From contig CBFFRP010000577.1 of NCBI GenBank assembly GCA_965644295.1, positions 1-64,000 on the forward strand: a DNA stretch of 64,000 nt, read 5' to 3'. The translations under genes were made by a program, and so were the position numbers. Below are positions 47,268 through 61,900 of this stretch, piece after piece; the first letter of the stretch is position 1; every line of letters begins with the position of its first letter. Source of the stretch: Paraphysomonas bandaiensis (lineage: Eukaryota; Protista; Chrysophyceae). The notes below the pieces were generated by a model, which was given only the letters and a program-made list of their open reading frames with translations, had not been told where the DNA came from and did not search any database.

Positions 47268-49382
47268 TTATTTACTTTTCCGTGTTTGTGAATTGTTTTG
47301 GCTTTCCTGTTCATCTACTAATTCATATTCAGTACACTCGCTTTCGAAGAGAACAATTGCCTGTAACAAAAGCATTATTCATGGAGGACATCATTGGTAG
47401 AGTATAGCCATTCAAAAATAGACATACAGACAATTTGAGGAGGTGGGCTTCACATACATAACGTACCGATAGCACCCACGCACTCAAAAGTACTATGGCG
47501 CAAGTAGTTGAATATAATATTAGTGGTAAAAAGGGGAGATGTATATCGCCGCTACTGGACCGGAACACCAAAGGATGAATGACTTCTGCATAGAAATAGA
47601 CGGCGAGTAGGACAGTAATTGTAACCAAATTCAACCTGACAATATAACACGAAAACAAATAACTTGCATTACAAACATATTCAAATGCATAGCTCATATG
47701 ACACATACCTCGAATATCCAGATTTTGCTACCGGGGAGAGAATCAAGTGTACCACGAGCAGGAAGCCGAAACAGAGCAAACCTGAAACAGTGATGTTATC
47801 AACAACGGCGAAGTATATACTCAAGTAGCATCACCCAGTACCCTCACCTTTGAGTACTAACTCCTGCACACCGTGAAATAGAGGCAACAGACCCACAAGA
47901 CCTCCAGCGGCACATTGCATGTATAGTGCATTTCTTCGGGCCTGGTTTCTCACATCATATCCCAATATCGGCGGATCAGCAGATACTAACAATGTAGCTG
48001 GCAACAACGGCACAAGTATTGCTTTCTCATGCACATGATACCCGAGCATAAACGAAGTAAAGGAAGCGAAAACTACTGCACGTAATAGCAGTGTGCTAGG
48101 TGGTTTCTTGCTCGTCCCACCCTGGCTCTTACGGAGCAAGAGCAAGACAAGTGCAGGTGAAATGAACACGACGACCAGAAGTAACGAAACAGCTGGTGTG
48201 ATCTTCGGTAAAAAATGAAATGCAAAATCTCCAACCAAACCACTCGTCGACGAGTTTCCTTCCGTATCTGTAATATGAGCGAACCCTATCCTCCTGTTAA
48301 GTGCATACAAAGCCTTGTCGAGGGCCATGTACAAAGCCCACACGTTCGGCGCCCAATAGGCATGAATCAATCCTCTCCCAAAAGGAAAAAGGCGGGTAAA
48401 TATCTGGATCAATGGTGAAGCACATATATACGTCGATGAAAACAGACTCGGGAGCAGGGGGATACATAAACCTAAAGTACTATCCTGGGCTAAAACAAAC
48501 GGGAGAAAGGCCACGGCAAGGGCGATGACGGCAATGAATGCCAAATTCAAAAACCTCCATACAAAGCGCAGTACCACGTCGATAGTAGGTATAGATGATT
48601 TCTTTGAACTTGTAAGAGGTAAACAGAACGTATTCAAGAGGTATGCCCCAAAAACTAAAGCCAGAGGTGCAAACAAATGCTTCATCAGCACTAACACAGA
48701 GAACAGCGCTGTCAGAGTAAGGTGCTTGTTCTGTGAATGCATATTGGTTAGTGCAAGAATGGGTAGCATAGCAAACGATATAGAGTTCTATTTCAAACTG
48801 CCTGTTTCTACGAATAACTTACTCTATTGGCGCAATCCAAACAGAGAATCAGTATTCCTAACAGTATCCCATTGTATTGAAAGTGGACATTATCTACCAA
48901 GATAATCCCTGCATTGAACACAACCAGAGCAAAGATAATTCTGCTCCGGCCTATTGACATTTTGCTAGATTGAAGAAATCTATAAGTGGCATAATACAAC
49001 ACCAACTCGGTAGCAATAACGGAAGTACGTTGAAACAGTATCGTCTCCATGCTTGCGTAATGTAAGTTTGACACCTAAAATAACATGATATCAATAAGAA
49101 AAAACAAACAACAATATCACTCACCTGAACCATTTTATTATCAATGATGTTAGCAACTAGAGATAATATATACTCAAAATACGCAAAAAAAGGTGGATAA
49201 TCTAACGTCCACTCTGAGGTGGACTCATAGTACCACTGCTGCAGTGGAACAGAGTGGGTGATGGCAAGCCAGTTGCGATGAACCTCAAAATCCGAACTCC
49301 GATAGCACGGAAACATTAATACTTTAATGGCAATCGCTGCCAGTGCAGTCAATACAGAGGATTTGATGATGGAGGTGCTCAT
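47268..49382 (-). CDS. ALG8: Dolichyl-P-Glc alpha-1,3-glucosyltransferase
   Basis: [18 protein letters not shown]...[57 protein letters not shown]; multi-exon; 3' exon structure approximate. Confidence 0.95.
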
Positions 49383-49654
49383 GCTGCTACAGAGACAGAC
49401 AGTCTATACAATCCAATCACACAAGTGCTCTGTCAACAATAACTTGTAGGCATTGATATCAAGGCACAAGATCACCTCATGTGTGTGTATATATATATAT
49501 ATGGAGGATTCGACGATACGAGTTGTGGTATACCGTATACCTCATTGCCGTATTCCATGACTATACGGCGGCGTAGTGTATCTGGAGATGAGATGAGTCT
49601 TGTGGATGTCACTCTGGATACAGTTACCCACAGAGTGTATAGACCGCAGTGTTC

Positions 49655-49787
49655 AATAGAAGTGAAGTGAAGTGCTCACATTGCAATAGAAGTGAAGTGA
49701 AGTGTGTCTCACATTGCAATAGAAGTGAAGTGAAGTGAAGTGTGTCTCACATTGCAATAGAAGTGAAGTGAAGTGAAGTGCTCACAT
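49655..49787. repeat. Minisatellite, four units of about 30-37 bp
   Basis: caatagaagtgaagtgaagtg(tgt)ctcacattg repeated with a variable GAAGT count. Confidence 0.9.
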
Positions 49788-49948
49788 AGGAGAGACGTGT
49801 ATTCAAGCAAGTTGTCTACTGTATTCAAGTACTTTGACTCGAATTTATATTAATAGTCGACGTACATTAATATCCTGAATTGCATCTGATATAATGGCAA
49901 ATAAGTGCACCCTCCGGACCCCTCACGAGTCCAACTGGATAGTGAGCG

Positions 49949-52900
49949 ATGAAACTGTATCAATGCATGTGCTGGTGGGCTGTTCTCAATCTTGTAAACT
50001 GTTTCAAGTTAAGCGGGAGGACTTGGATGAGACGATCGGATAAATCAGATGAATTGAAGTTTGTTAGCATAGCTTCCAACCCACAGCTGAGAGATCACTT
50101 TGAGTCTGCTGTTGAGAGCAGTGATCCACTTGATAATGACAAACCACAGCAGCCAGCAGGTGTGGAGTCTGGGGCACACAGCTTATCTAATCAAAACCAA
50201 ACTGCGTCGCCTACACTGGACACAGCACTCCCAACGGTTACTCCCACAGCTTCCTTTATTTATATACTGGTGCCACGACCAACCTACAATAAACCTTTAA
50301 TGCAGAAGAATGCAAAGAAGTCACCCAAACAATCTGGTAAACGAAAGAGACATAGCAAAAGAAGACCCAGAAAAAAGAAACGGCACCACCACCACCACAA
50401 GAAGAAACGCACCACAAAACCGACAAACATAATAACTGAGTTTCCCACGAGTGTGAATACTTCGTTGTTTCCTTCAACGACTCCATCCGTCACACTACCT
50501 AGTACAGGTCCCTCAGTGAGTGAGCCAACGTCGACGACAACTGTGTTTCCCACGAGTGTGAATACTTCGTTGTTTCCTTCAACGACTCCATCCGTCACAC
50601 TACCTAGTACAGGTCCCTCAGTGAGTGAGCCAACGTCGACGACAACTGTGTTTCCCACGAGTGTGAATACTTCGTTGTTTCCTTCAACGACTCCATCCGT
50701 CACACTACCTAGTACAGGTCCCTCAGTGAGTGAGCCAACGTCGACGACAACTGTGTTTCCCACGAGTGTGAATACTTCGTTGTTTCCTTCAACAACTCCA
50801 TCCGTCACACTACCTAGTACAGGTCCCTCAGTGAGTGAGCCAACGTCGACGACAACTGTGTTTCCCACGAGTGTGAATACTTCGTTGTTTCCTTCAACGA
50901 CTCCATCCGTCACACTACCTAGTACAGGTCCCTCAGTGAGTGAGCCAACGTCGACGACAACTGTGTTTCCCACGAGTGTGAATACTTCGTTGTTTCCTTC
51001 AACGACTCCATCCGTCACACTACCTAGTACAGGTCCCTCAGTGAGTGAGCCAACGTCGACGACAACTGTGTTTCCCACGAGTGTGAATACTTCGTTGTTT
51101 CCTTCAACAACTCCATCCGTCACACTACCTAGTACAGGTCCCTCAGTGAGTGAGCCAACGTCGACGACAACTGTGTTTCCCACGAGTGTGAATACTTCGT
51201 TGTTTCCTTCAACGACTCCATCCGTCACACTACCTAGTACAGGTCCCTCAGTGAGTGAGCCAACGTCGACGACAACTGTGTTTCCCACGAGTGTGAATAC
51301 TTCGTTGTTTCCTTCAACGACTCCATCCGTCACACTACCTAGTACAGGTCCCTCAGTGAGTGAGCCAACGTCGACGACAACTGTGTTTCCCACGAGTGTG
51401 AATACTTCGTTGTTTCCTTCAACAACTCCATCCGTCACACTACCTAGTACAGGTCCCTCAGTGAGTGAGCCAACGTCGACGACAACTGTGTTTCCCACGA
51501 GTGTGAATACTTCGTTGTTTCCTTCAACGACTCCATCCGTCACACTACCTAGTACAGGTCCCTCAGTGAGTGAGCCAACGTCGACGACAACTGTGTTTCC
51601 CACGAGTGTGAATACTTCGTTGTTTCCTTCAACGACTCCATCCGTCACATTACCTAGTACAGGTCCCTCAGTGAGTGAGCCAACGTCGACGACAACTGTG
51701 TTTCCCACGAGTGTGAATACTTCGTTGTTTCCTTCAACGACTCCATCCGTCACACTACCTAGTACAGGTCCCTCAGTGAGTGAGCCAACGTCGACGACAA
51801 CTGTGTTTCCCACGAGTGTGAATACTTCGTTGTTTCCTTCAACGACTCCATCCGTCACACTACCTAGTACAGGTCCCTCAGTGAGTGAGCCAACGTCGAC
51901 GACAACTGTGTTTCCCACGAGTGTGAATACTTCGTTGTTTCCTTCAACGACTCCATCCGTCACACTACCTAGTACAGGTCCCTCAGTGAGTGAGCCAACG
52001 TCGACGACAACTGTGTTTCCCACGAGTGTGAATACTTCGTTGTTTCCTTCAACGACTCCATCCGTCACACTACCTAGTACAGGTCCCTCAGTGAGTGAGC
52101 CAACGTCGACGACAACTGTGTTTCCCACGAGTGTGAATACTTCGTTGTTTCCTTCAACGACTCCATCCGTCACACTACCTAGTACAGGTCCCTCAGTGAG
52201 TGAGCCAACGTCGACGACAACTGTGTTTCCCACGAGTGTGAATACTTCGTTGTTTCCTTCAACAACTCCATCCGTCACACTACCTAGTACAGGTCCCTCA
52301 GTGAGTGAGCCAACGTCGACGACAACTGTGTTTCCCACGAGTGTGAATACTTCGTTGTTTCCTTCAACGACTCCATCCGTCACACTACCTAGTACAGGTC
52401 CCTCAGTGAGTGAGCCAACGTCGACGACAACTGTGTTTCCCACGAGTGTGAATACTTCGTTGTTTCCTTCAACGACTCCATCCGTCACACTACCTAGTAC
52501 AGGTCCCTCAGTGAGTGAGCCAACGTCGACGACAACTGTGTTTCCCACGAGTGTGAATACTTCGTTGTTTCCTTCAACAACTCCATCCGTCACACTACCT
52601 AGTACAGGTCCCTCAGTGAGTGAGCCAACGTCGACGACAACTGTGTTTCCCACGAGTGTGAATACTTCGTTGTTTCCTTCAACGACTCCATCCGTCACAC
52701 TACCTAGTACAGGTCCCTCAGTGAGTGAGCCAACGTCGACGACAACTGTGTTTCCCACGAGTGTGAATACTTCGTTGTTTCCTTCAACGACTCCATCCGT
52801 CACATTACCTAGTACAGGTCCCTCAGTGAGTGAGCCAACGTCGACGACAACTGTGTTTCCCACGAGTGTGAATACTTCGTTGTTTCCTTCAACGACTCCA

Positions 52901-55900
52901 TCCGTCACACTACCTAGTACAGGTCCCTCAGTGAGTGAGCCAACGTCGACGACAACTGTGTTTCCCACGAGTGTGAATACTTCGTTGTTTCCTTCAACGA
53001 CTCCATCCGTCACACTACCTAGTACAGGTCCCTCAGTGAGTGAGCCAACGTCGACGACAACTGTGTTTCCCACGAGTGTGAATACTTCGTTGTTTCCTTC
53101 AACGACTCCATCCGTCACACTACCTAGTACAGGTCCCTCAGTGAGTGAGCCAACGTCGACGACAACTGTGTTTCCCACGAGTGTGAATACTTCGTTGTTT
53201 CCTTCAACAACTCCATCCGTCACACTACCTAGTACAGGTCCCTCACCAACGACTCCATCCGTCACACTACCTAGTACAGGTCCCTCAGTGAGTGAGCCAA
53301 CGTCGACGACAACTGTGTTTCCCACGAGTGTGAATACTTCGTTGTTTCCTTCAACGACTCCATCCGTCACACTACCTAGTACAGGTCCCTCAGTGAGTGA
53401 GCCAACGTCGACGACAACTGTGTTTCCCACGAGTGTGAATACTTCGTTGTTTCCTTCAACGACTCCATCCGTCACACTACCTAGTACAGGTCCCTCAGTG
53501 AGTGAGCCAACGTCGACGACAACTGTGTTTCCCACGAGTGTGAATACTTCGTTGTTTCCTTCAACGACTCCATCCGTCACACTACCTAGTACAGGTCCCT
53601 CAGTGAGTGAGCCAACGTCGACGACAACTGTGTTTCCCACGAGTGTGAATACTTCGTTGTTTCCTTCAACGACTCCATCCGTCACACTACCTAGTACAGG
53701 TCCCTCAGTGAGTGAGCCAACGTCGACGACAACTGTGTTTCCCACGAGTGTGAATACTTCGTTGTTTCCTTCAACAACTCCATCCGTCACACTACCTAGT
53801 ACAGGTCCCTCAGTGAGTGAGCCAACGTCGACGACAACTGTGTTTCCCACGAGTGTGAATACTTCGTTGTTTCCTTCAACGACTCCATCCGTCACACTAC
53901 CTAGTACAGGTCCCTCAGTGAGTGAGCCAACGTCGACGACAACTGTGTTTCCCACGAGTGTGAATACTTCGTTGTTTCCTTCAACGACTCCATCCGTCAC
54001 ACTACCTAGTACAGGTCCCTCAGTGAGTGAGCCAACGTCGACGACAACTGTGTTTCCCACGAGTGTGAATACTTCGTTGTTTCCTTCAACAACTCCATCC
54101 GTCACACTACCTAGTACAGGTCCCTCAGTGAGTGAGCCAACGTCGACGACAACTGTGTTTCCCACGAGTGTGAATACTTCGTTGTTTCCTTCAACGACTC
54201 CATCCGTCACACTACCTAGTACAGGTCCCTCAGTGAGTGAGCCAACGTCGACGACAACTGTGTTTCCCACGAGTGTGAATACTTCGTTGTTTCCTTCAAC
54301 GACTCCATCCGTCACATTACCTAGTACAGGTCCCTCAGTGAGTGAGCCAACGTCGACGACAACTGTGTTTCCCACGAGTGTGAATACTTCGTTGTTTCCT
54401 TCAACGACTCCATCCGTCACACTACCTAGTACAGGTCCCTCAGTGAGTGAGCCAACGTCGACGACAACTGTGTTTCCCACGAGTGTGAATACTTCGTTGT
54501 TTCCTTCAACGACTCCATCCGTCACACTACCTAGTACAGGTCCCTCAGTGAGTGAGCCAACGTCGACGACAACTGTGTTTCCCACGAGTGTGAATACTTC
54601 GTTGTTTCCTTCAACGACTCCATCCGTCACACTACCTAGTACAGGTCCCTCAGTGAGTGAGCCAACGTCGACGACAACTGTGTTTCCCACGAGTGTGAAT
54701 ACTTCGTTGTTTCCTTCAACAACTCCATCCGTCACACTACCTAGTACAGGTCCCTCAGTGAGTGAGCCAACGTCGACGACAACTGTGTTTCCCACGAGTG
54801 TGAATACTTCGTTGTTTCCTTCAACGACTCCATCCGTCACACTACCTAGTACAGGTCCCTCAGTGAGTGAGCCAACGTCGACGACAACTGTGTTTCCCAC
54901 GAGTGTGAATACTTCGTTGTTTCCTTCAACGACTCCATCCGTCACACTACCTAGTACAGGTCCCTCAGTGAGTGAGCCAACGTCGACGACAACTGTGTTT
55001 CCCACGAGTGTGAATACTTCGTTGTTTCCTTCAACGACTCCATCCGTCACACTACCTAGTACAGGTCCCTCAGTGAGTGAGCCAACGTCGACGACAACTG
55101 TGTTTCCCACGAGTGTGAATACTTCGTTGTTTCCTTCAACGACTCCATCCGTCACACTACCTAGTACAGGTCCCTCAGTGAGTGAGCCAACGTCGACGAC
55201 AACTGTGTTTCCCACGAGTGTGAATACTTCGTTGTTTCCTTCAACGACTCCATCCGTCACACTACCTAGTACAGGTCCCTCAGTGAGTGAGCCAACGTCG
55301 ACGACAACTGTGTTTCCCACGAGTGTGAATACTTCGTTGTTTCCTTCAACAACTCCATCCGTCACACTACCTAGTACAGGTCCCTCAGTGAGTGAGCCAA
55401 CGTCGACGACAACTGTGTTTCCCACGAGTGTGAATACTTCGTTGTTTCCTTCAACGACTCCATCCGTCACACTACCTAGTACAGGTCCCTCAGTGAGTGA
55501 GCCAACGTCGACGACAACTGTGTTTCCCACGAGTGTGAATACTTCGTTGTTTCCTTCAACGACTCCATCCGTCACACTACCTAGTACAGGTCCCTCAGTG
55601 AGTGAGCCAACGTCGACGACAACTGTGTTTCCCACGAGTGTGAATACTTCGTTGTTTCCTTCAACGACTCCATCCGTCACACTACCTAGTACAGGTCCCT
55701 CAGTGAGTGAGCCAACGTCGACGACAACTGTGTTTCCCACGAGTGTGAATACTTCGTTGTTTCCTTCAACAACTCCATCCGTCACACTACCTAGTACAGG
55801 TCCCTCAGTGAGTGAGCCAACGTCGACGACAACTGTGTTTCCCACGAGTGTGAATACTTCGTTGTTTCCTTCAACGACTCCATCCGTCACACTACCTAGT

Positions 55901-58900
55901 ACAGGTCCCTCAGTGAGTGAGCCAACGTCGACGACAACTGTGTTTCCCACGAGTGTGAATACTTCGTTGTTTCCTTCAACGACTCCATCCGTCACACTAC
56001 CTAGTACAGGTCCCTCAGTGAGTGAGCCAACGTCGACGACAACTGTGTTTCCCACGAGTGTGAATACTTCGTTGTTTCCTTCAACAACTCCATCCGTCAC
56101 ACTACCTAGTACAGGTCCCTCAGTGAGTGAGCCAACGTCGACGACAACTGTGTTTCCCACGAGTGTGAATACTTCGTTGTTTCCTTCAACGACTCCATCC
56201 GTCACACTACCTAGTACAGGTCCCTCAGTGAGTGAGCCAACGTCGACGACAACTGTGTTTCCCACGAGTGTGAATACTTCGTTGTTTCCTTCAACGACTC
56301 CATCCGTCACACTACCTAGTACAGGTCCCTCAGTGAGTGAGCCAACGTCGACGACAACTGTGTTTCCCACGAGTGTGAATACTTCGTTGTTTCCTTCAAC
56401 AACTCCATCCGTCACACTACCTAGTACAGGTCCCTCAGTGAGTGAGCCAACGTCGACGACAACTGTGTTTCCCACGAGTGTGAATACTTCGTTGTTTCCT
56501 TCAACGACTCCATCCGTCACACTACCTAGTACAGGTCCCTCAGTGAGTGAGCCAACGTCGACGACAACTGTGTTTCCCACGAGTGTGAATACTTCGTTGT
56601 TTCCTTCAACGACTCCATCCGTCACACTACCTAGTACAGGTCCCTCAGTGAGTGAGCCAACGTCGACGACAACTGTGTTTCCCACGAGTGTGAATACTTC
56701 GTTGTTTCCTTCAACAACTCCATCCGTCACACTACCTAGTACAGGTCCCTCAGTGAGTGAGCCAACGTCGACGACAACTGTGTTTCCCACGAGTGTGAAT
56801 ACTTCGTTGTTTCCTTCAACGACTCCATCCGTCACACTACCTAGTACAGGTCCCTCAGTGAGTGAGCCAACGTCGACGACAACTGTGTTTCCCACGAGTG
56901 TGAATACTTCGTTGTTTCCTTCAACGACTCCATCCGTCACACAACCTAGTACAGGTCCCTCAGTGAGTGAGCCAACGTCGACGACAACTGTGTTTCCCAC
57001 GAGTGTGAATACTTCGTTGTTTCCTTCAACGACTCCATCCGTCACACTACCTAGTACAGGTCCCTCAGTGAGTGAGCCAACGTCGACGACAACTGTGTTT
57101 CCCACGAGTGTGAATACTTCGTTGTTTCCTTCAACAACTCCATCCGTCACACTACCTAGTACAGGTCCCTCAGTGAGTGAGCCAACGTCGACGACAACTG
57201 TGTTTCCCACGAGTGTGAATACTTCGTTGTTTCCTTCAACGACTCCATCCGTCACACTACCTAGTACAGGTCCCTCAGTGAGTGAGCCAACGTCGACGAC
57301 AACTGTGTTTCCCACGAGTGTGAATACTTCGTTGTTTCCTTCAACGACTCCATCCGTCACACTACCTAGTACAGGTCCCTCAGTGAGTGAGCCAACGTCG
57401 ACAACAACTGTGTTTCCCACGAGTGTGAATACTTCGTTGTTTCCTTCAACGACTCCATCCGTCACACTACCTAGTACAGGTCCCTCAGTGAGTGAGCCAA
57501 CGTCGACGACAACTGTGTTTCCCACGAGTGTGAATACTTCGTTGTTTCCTTCAACGACTCCATCCGTCACACTACCTAGTACAGGTCCCTCAGTGAGTGA
57601 GCCAACGTCGACGACAACTGTGTTTCCCACGAGTGTGAATACTTCGTTGTTTCCTTCAACGACTCCATCCGTCACACTACCTAGTACAGGTCCCTCAGTG
57701 AGTGAGCCAACGTCGACGACAACTGTGTTTCCCACGAGTGTGAATACTTCGTTGTTTCCTTCAACGACTCCATCCGTCACACTACCTAGTACAGGTCCCT
57801 CAGTGAGTGAGCCAACGTCGACGACAACTGTGTTTCCCACGAGTGTGAATACTTCGTTGTTTCCTTCAACGACTCCATCCGTCACACTACCTAGTACAGG
57901 TCCCTCAGTGAGTGAGCCAACGTCGACAACAACTGTGTTTCCCACGAGTGTGAATACTTCGTTGTTTCCTTCAACGACTCCATCCGTCACACTACCTAGT
58001 ACAGGTCCCTCAGTGAGTGAGCCAACGTCGACGACAACTGTGTTTCCCACGAGTGTGAATACTTCGTTGTTTCCTTCAACGACTCCATCCGTCACACTAC
58101 CTAGTACAGGTCCCTCAGTGAGTGAGCCAACGTCGACGACAACTGTGTTTCCCACGAGTGTGAATACTTCGTTGTTTCCTTCAACGACTCCATCCGTCAC
58201 ACTACCTAGTACAGGTCCCTCAGTGAGTGAGCCAACGTCGACGACAACTGTGTTTCCCACGAGTGTGAATACTTCGTTGTTTCCTTCAACGACTCCATCC
58301 GTCACACTACCTAGTACAGGTCCCTCAGTGAGTGAGCCAACGTCGACGACAACTGTGTTTCCCACGAGTGTGAATACTTCGTTGTTTCCTTCAACGACTC
58401 CATCCGTCACACTACCTAGTACAGGTCCCTCAGTGAGTGAGCCAACGTCGACGACAACTGTGTTTCCCACGAGTGTGAATACTTCGTTGTTTCCTTCAAC
58501 GACTCCATCCGTCACACTACCTAGTACAGGTCCCTCAGTGAGTGAGCCAACGTCGACGACAACTGTGTTTCCCACGAGTGTGAATACTTCGTTGTTTCCT
58601 TCAACGACTCCATCCGTCACACTACCTAGTACAGGTCCCTCAGTGAGTGAGCCAACGTCGACAACAACTGTGTTTCCCACGAGTGTGAATACTTCGTTGT
58701 TTCCTTCAACGACTCCATCCGTCACACTACCTAGTACAGGTCCCTCAGTGAGTGAGCCAACGTCGACGACAACTGTGTTTCCCACGAGTGTGAATACTTC
58801 GTTGTTTCCTTCAACGACTCCATCCGTCACACTACCTAGTACAGGTCCCTCAGTGAGTGAGCCAACGTCGACGACAACTGTGTTTCCCACGAGTGTGAAT

Positions 58901-61900
58901 ACTTCGTTGTTTCCTTCAACGACTCCATCCGTCACACTACCTAGTACAGGTCCCTCAGTGAGTGAGCCAACGTCGACGACAACTGTGTTTCCCACGAGTG
59001 TGAATACTTCGTTGTTTCCTTCAACGACTCCATCCGTCACACTACCTAGTACAGGTCCCTCAGTGAGTGAGCCAACGTCGACGACAACTGTGTTTCCCAC
59101 GAGTGTGAATACTTCGTTGTTTCCTTCAACGACTCCATCCGTCACACTACCTAGTACAGGTCCCTCAGTGAGTGAGCCAACGTCGACGACAACTGTGTTT
59201 CCCACGAGTGTGAATACTTCGTTGTTTCCTTCAACGACTCCATCCGTCACACTACCTAGTACAGGTCCCTCAGTGAGTGAGCCAACGTCGACGACAACTG
59301 TGTTTCCCACGAGTGTGAATACTTCGTTGTTTCCTTCAACGACTCCATCCGTCACACTACCTAGTACAGGTCCCTCAGTGAGTGAGCCAACGTCGACGAC
59401 AACTGTGTTTCCCACGAGTGTGAATACTTCGTTGTTTCCTTCAACGACTCCATCCGTCACACTACCTAGTACAGGTCCCTCAGTGAGTGAGCCAACGTCG
59501 ACGACAACTGTGTTTCCCACGAGTGTGAATACTTCGTTGTTTCCTTCAACGACTCCATCCGTCACACTACCTAGTACAGGTCCCTCAGTGAGTGAGCCAA
59601 CGTCGACGACAACTGTGTTTCCCACGAGTGTGAATACTTCGTTGTTTCCTTCAACGACTCCATCCGTCACACTACCTAGTACAGGTCCCTCAGTGAGTGA
59701 GCCAACGTCGACGACAACTGTGTTTCCCACGAGTGTGAATACTTCGTTGTTTCCTTCAACGACTCCATCCGTCACACTACCTAGTACAGGTCCCTCAGTG
59801 AGTGAGCCAATGTCGACGACAACTGTGTTTCCCACGAGTGTGAATACTTCGTTGTTTCCTTCAACGACTCCATCCGTCACACTACCTAGTACAGGTCCCT
59901 CAGTGAGTGAGCCAACGTCGACGACAACTGTGTTTCCCACGAGTGTGAATACTTCGTTGTTTCCTTCAACGACTCCATCCGTCACACTACCTAGTACAGG
60001 TCCCTCAGTGAGTGAGCCAACGTCGACGACAACTGTGTTACCCACGAGTGTGAATACTTCGTTGTTTCCTTCAACGACTCCATCCGTCACACTACCTAGT
60101 ACAGGTCCCTCAGTGAGTGAGCCAACGTCGACGACAACTGTGTTTCCCACGAGTGTGAATACTTCGTTGTTTCCTTCAACGACTCCATCCGTCACACTAC
60201 CTAGTACAGGTCCCTCAGTAAGTGAGCCAATGTCGACGACAACTGTGTTTCCCACGAGTGTGAATACTTCGTTGTTTCCTTCAACGACTCCATCCGTCAC
60301 ACTACCTAGTACAGGTCCCTCAGTGAGTGAGCCAACGTCGACAACAACTGTGTTTCCCACGAGTGTGAATACTTCGTTGTTTCCTTCAACGACTCCATCC
60401 GTCACACTACCTAGTACAGGTCCCTCAGTGAGTGAGCCAACGTCGACGACAACTGTGTTACCCACGAGTGTGAATACTTCGTTGTTTCCTTCAACGACTC
60501 CATCCGTCACACTACCTAGTACAGGTCCCTCAGTGAGTGAGCCAACGTCGACGACAACTGTGTTTCCCACGAGTGTGAATACTTCGTTGTTTCCTTCAAC
60601 GACTCCATCCGTCACACTACCTAGTACAGGTCCCTCAGTAAGTGAGCCAATGTCGACGACAACTGTGTTTCCCACGAGTGTGAATACTTCGTTGTTTCCT
60701 TCAACGACTCCATCCGTCACACTACCTAGTACAGGTCCCTCAGTGAGTGAGCCAACGTCGACGACAACTGTGTTTCCCACGAGTGTGAATACTTCGTTGT
60801 TTCCTTCAACGACTCCATCCGTCACACTACCTAGTACAGGTCCCTCAGTGAGTGAGCCAACGTCGACGACAACTGTGTTACCCACGAGTGTGAATACTTC
60901 GTTGTTTCCTTCAACGACTCCATCCGTCACACTACCTAGTACAGGTCCCTCAGTGAGTGAGCCAACGTCGACGACAACTGTGTTTCCCACGAGTGTGAAT
61001 ACTTCGTTGTTTCCTTCAACGACTCCATCCGTCACACAACCTAGTACAGGTCCCTCAGTGAGTGAGCCAACGTCGACGACAACTGTGTTTCCCACGAGTG
61101 TGAATACTTCGTTGTTTCCTTCAACGACTCCATCCGTCACACTACCTAGTACAGGTCCCTCAGTGAGTGAGCCAACGTCGACGACAACTGTGTTACCCAC
61201 GAGTGTGAATACTTCGTTGTTTCCTTCAACGACTCCATCCGTCACACTACCTAGTACAGGTCCCTCAGTGAGTGAGCCAACGTCGACGACAACTGTGTTT
61301 CCCACGAGTGTGAATACTTCGTTGTTTCCTTCAACGACTCCATCCGTCACACTACCTAGTACAGGTCCCTCAGTAAGTGAGCCAATGTCGACGACAACTG
61401 TGTTTCCCACGAGTGTGAATACTTCGTTGTTTCCTTCAACGACTCCATCCGTCACACTACCTAGTACAGGTCCCTCAGTGAGTGAGCCAACGTCGACGAC
61501 AACTGTGTTTCCCACGAGTGTGAATACTTCGTTGTTTCCTTCAACGACTCCATCCGTCACACTACCTAGTACAGGTCCCTCAGTGAGTGAGCCAACGTCG
61601 ACGACAACTGTGTTACCCACGAGTGTGAATACTTCGTTGTTTCCTTCAACGACTCCATCCGTCACACTACCTAGTACAGGTCCCTCAGTGAGTGAGCCAA
61701 CGTCGACGACAACTGTGTTTCCCACGAGTGTGAATACTTCGTTGTTTCCTTCAACGACTCCATCCGTCACACTACCTAGTACAGGTCCCTCAGTAAGTGA
61801 GCCAATGTCGACGACAACTGTGTTTCCCACGAGTGTGAATACTTCGTTGTTTCCTTCAACGACTCCATCCGTCACACTACCTAGTACAGGTCCCTCAGTG

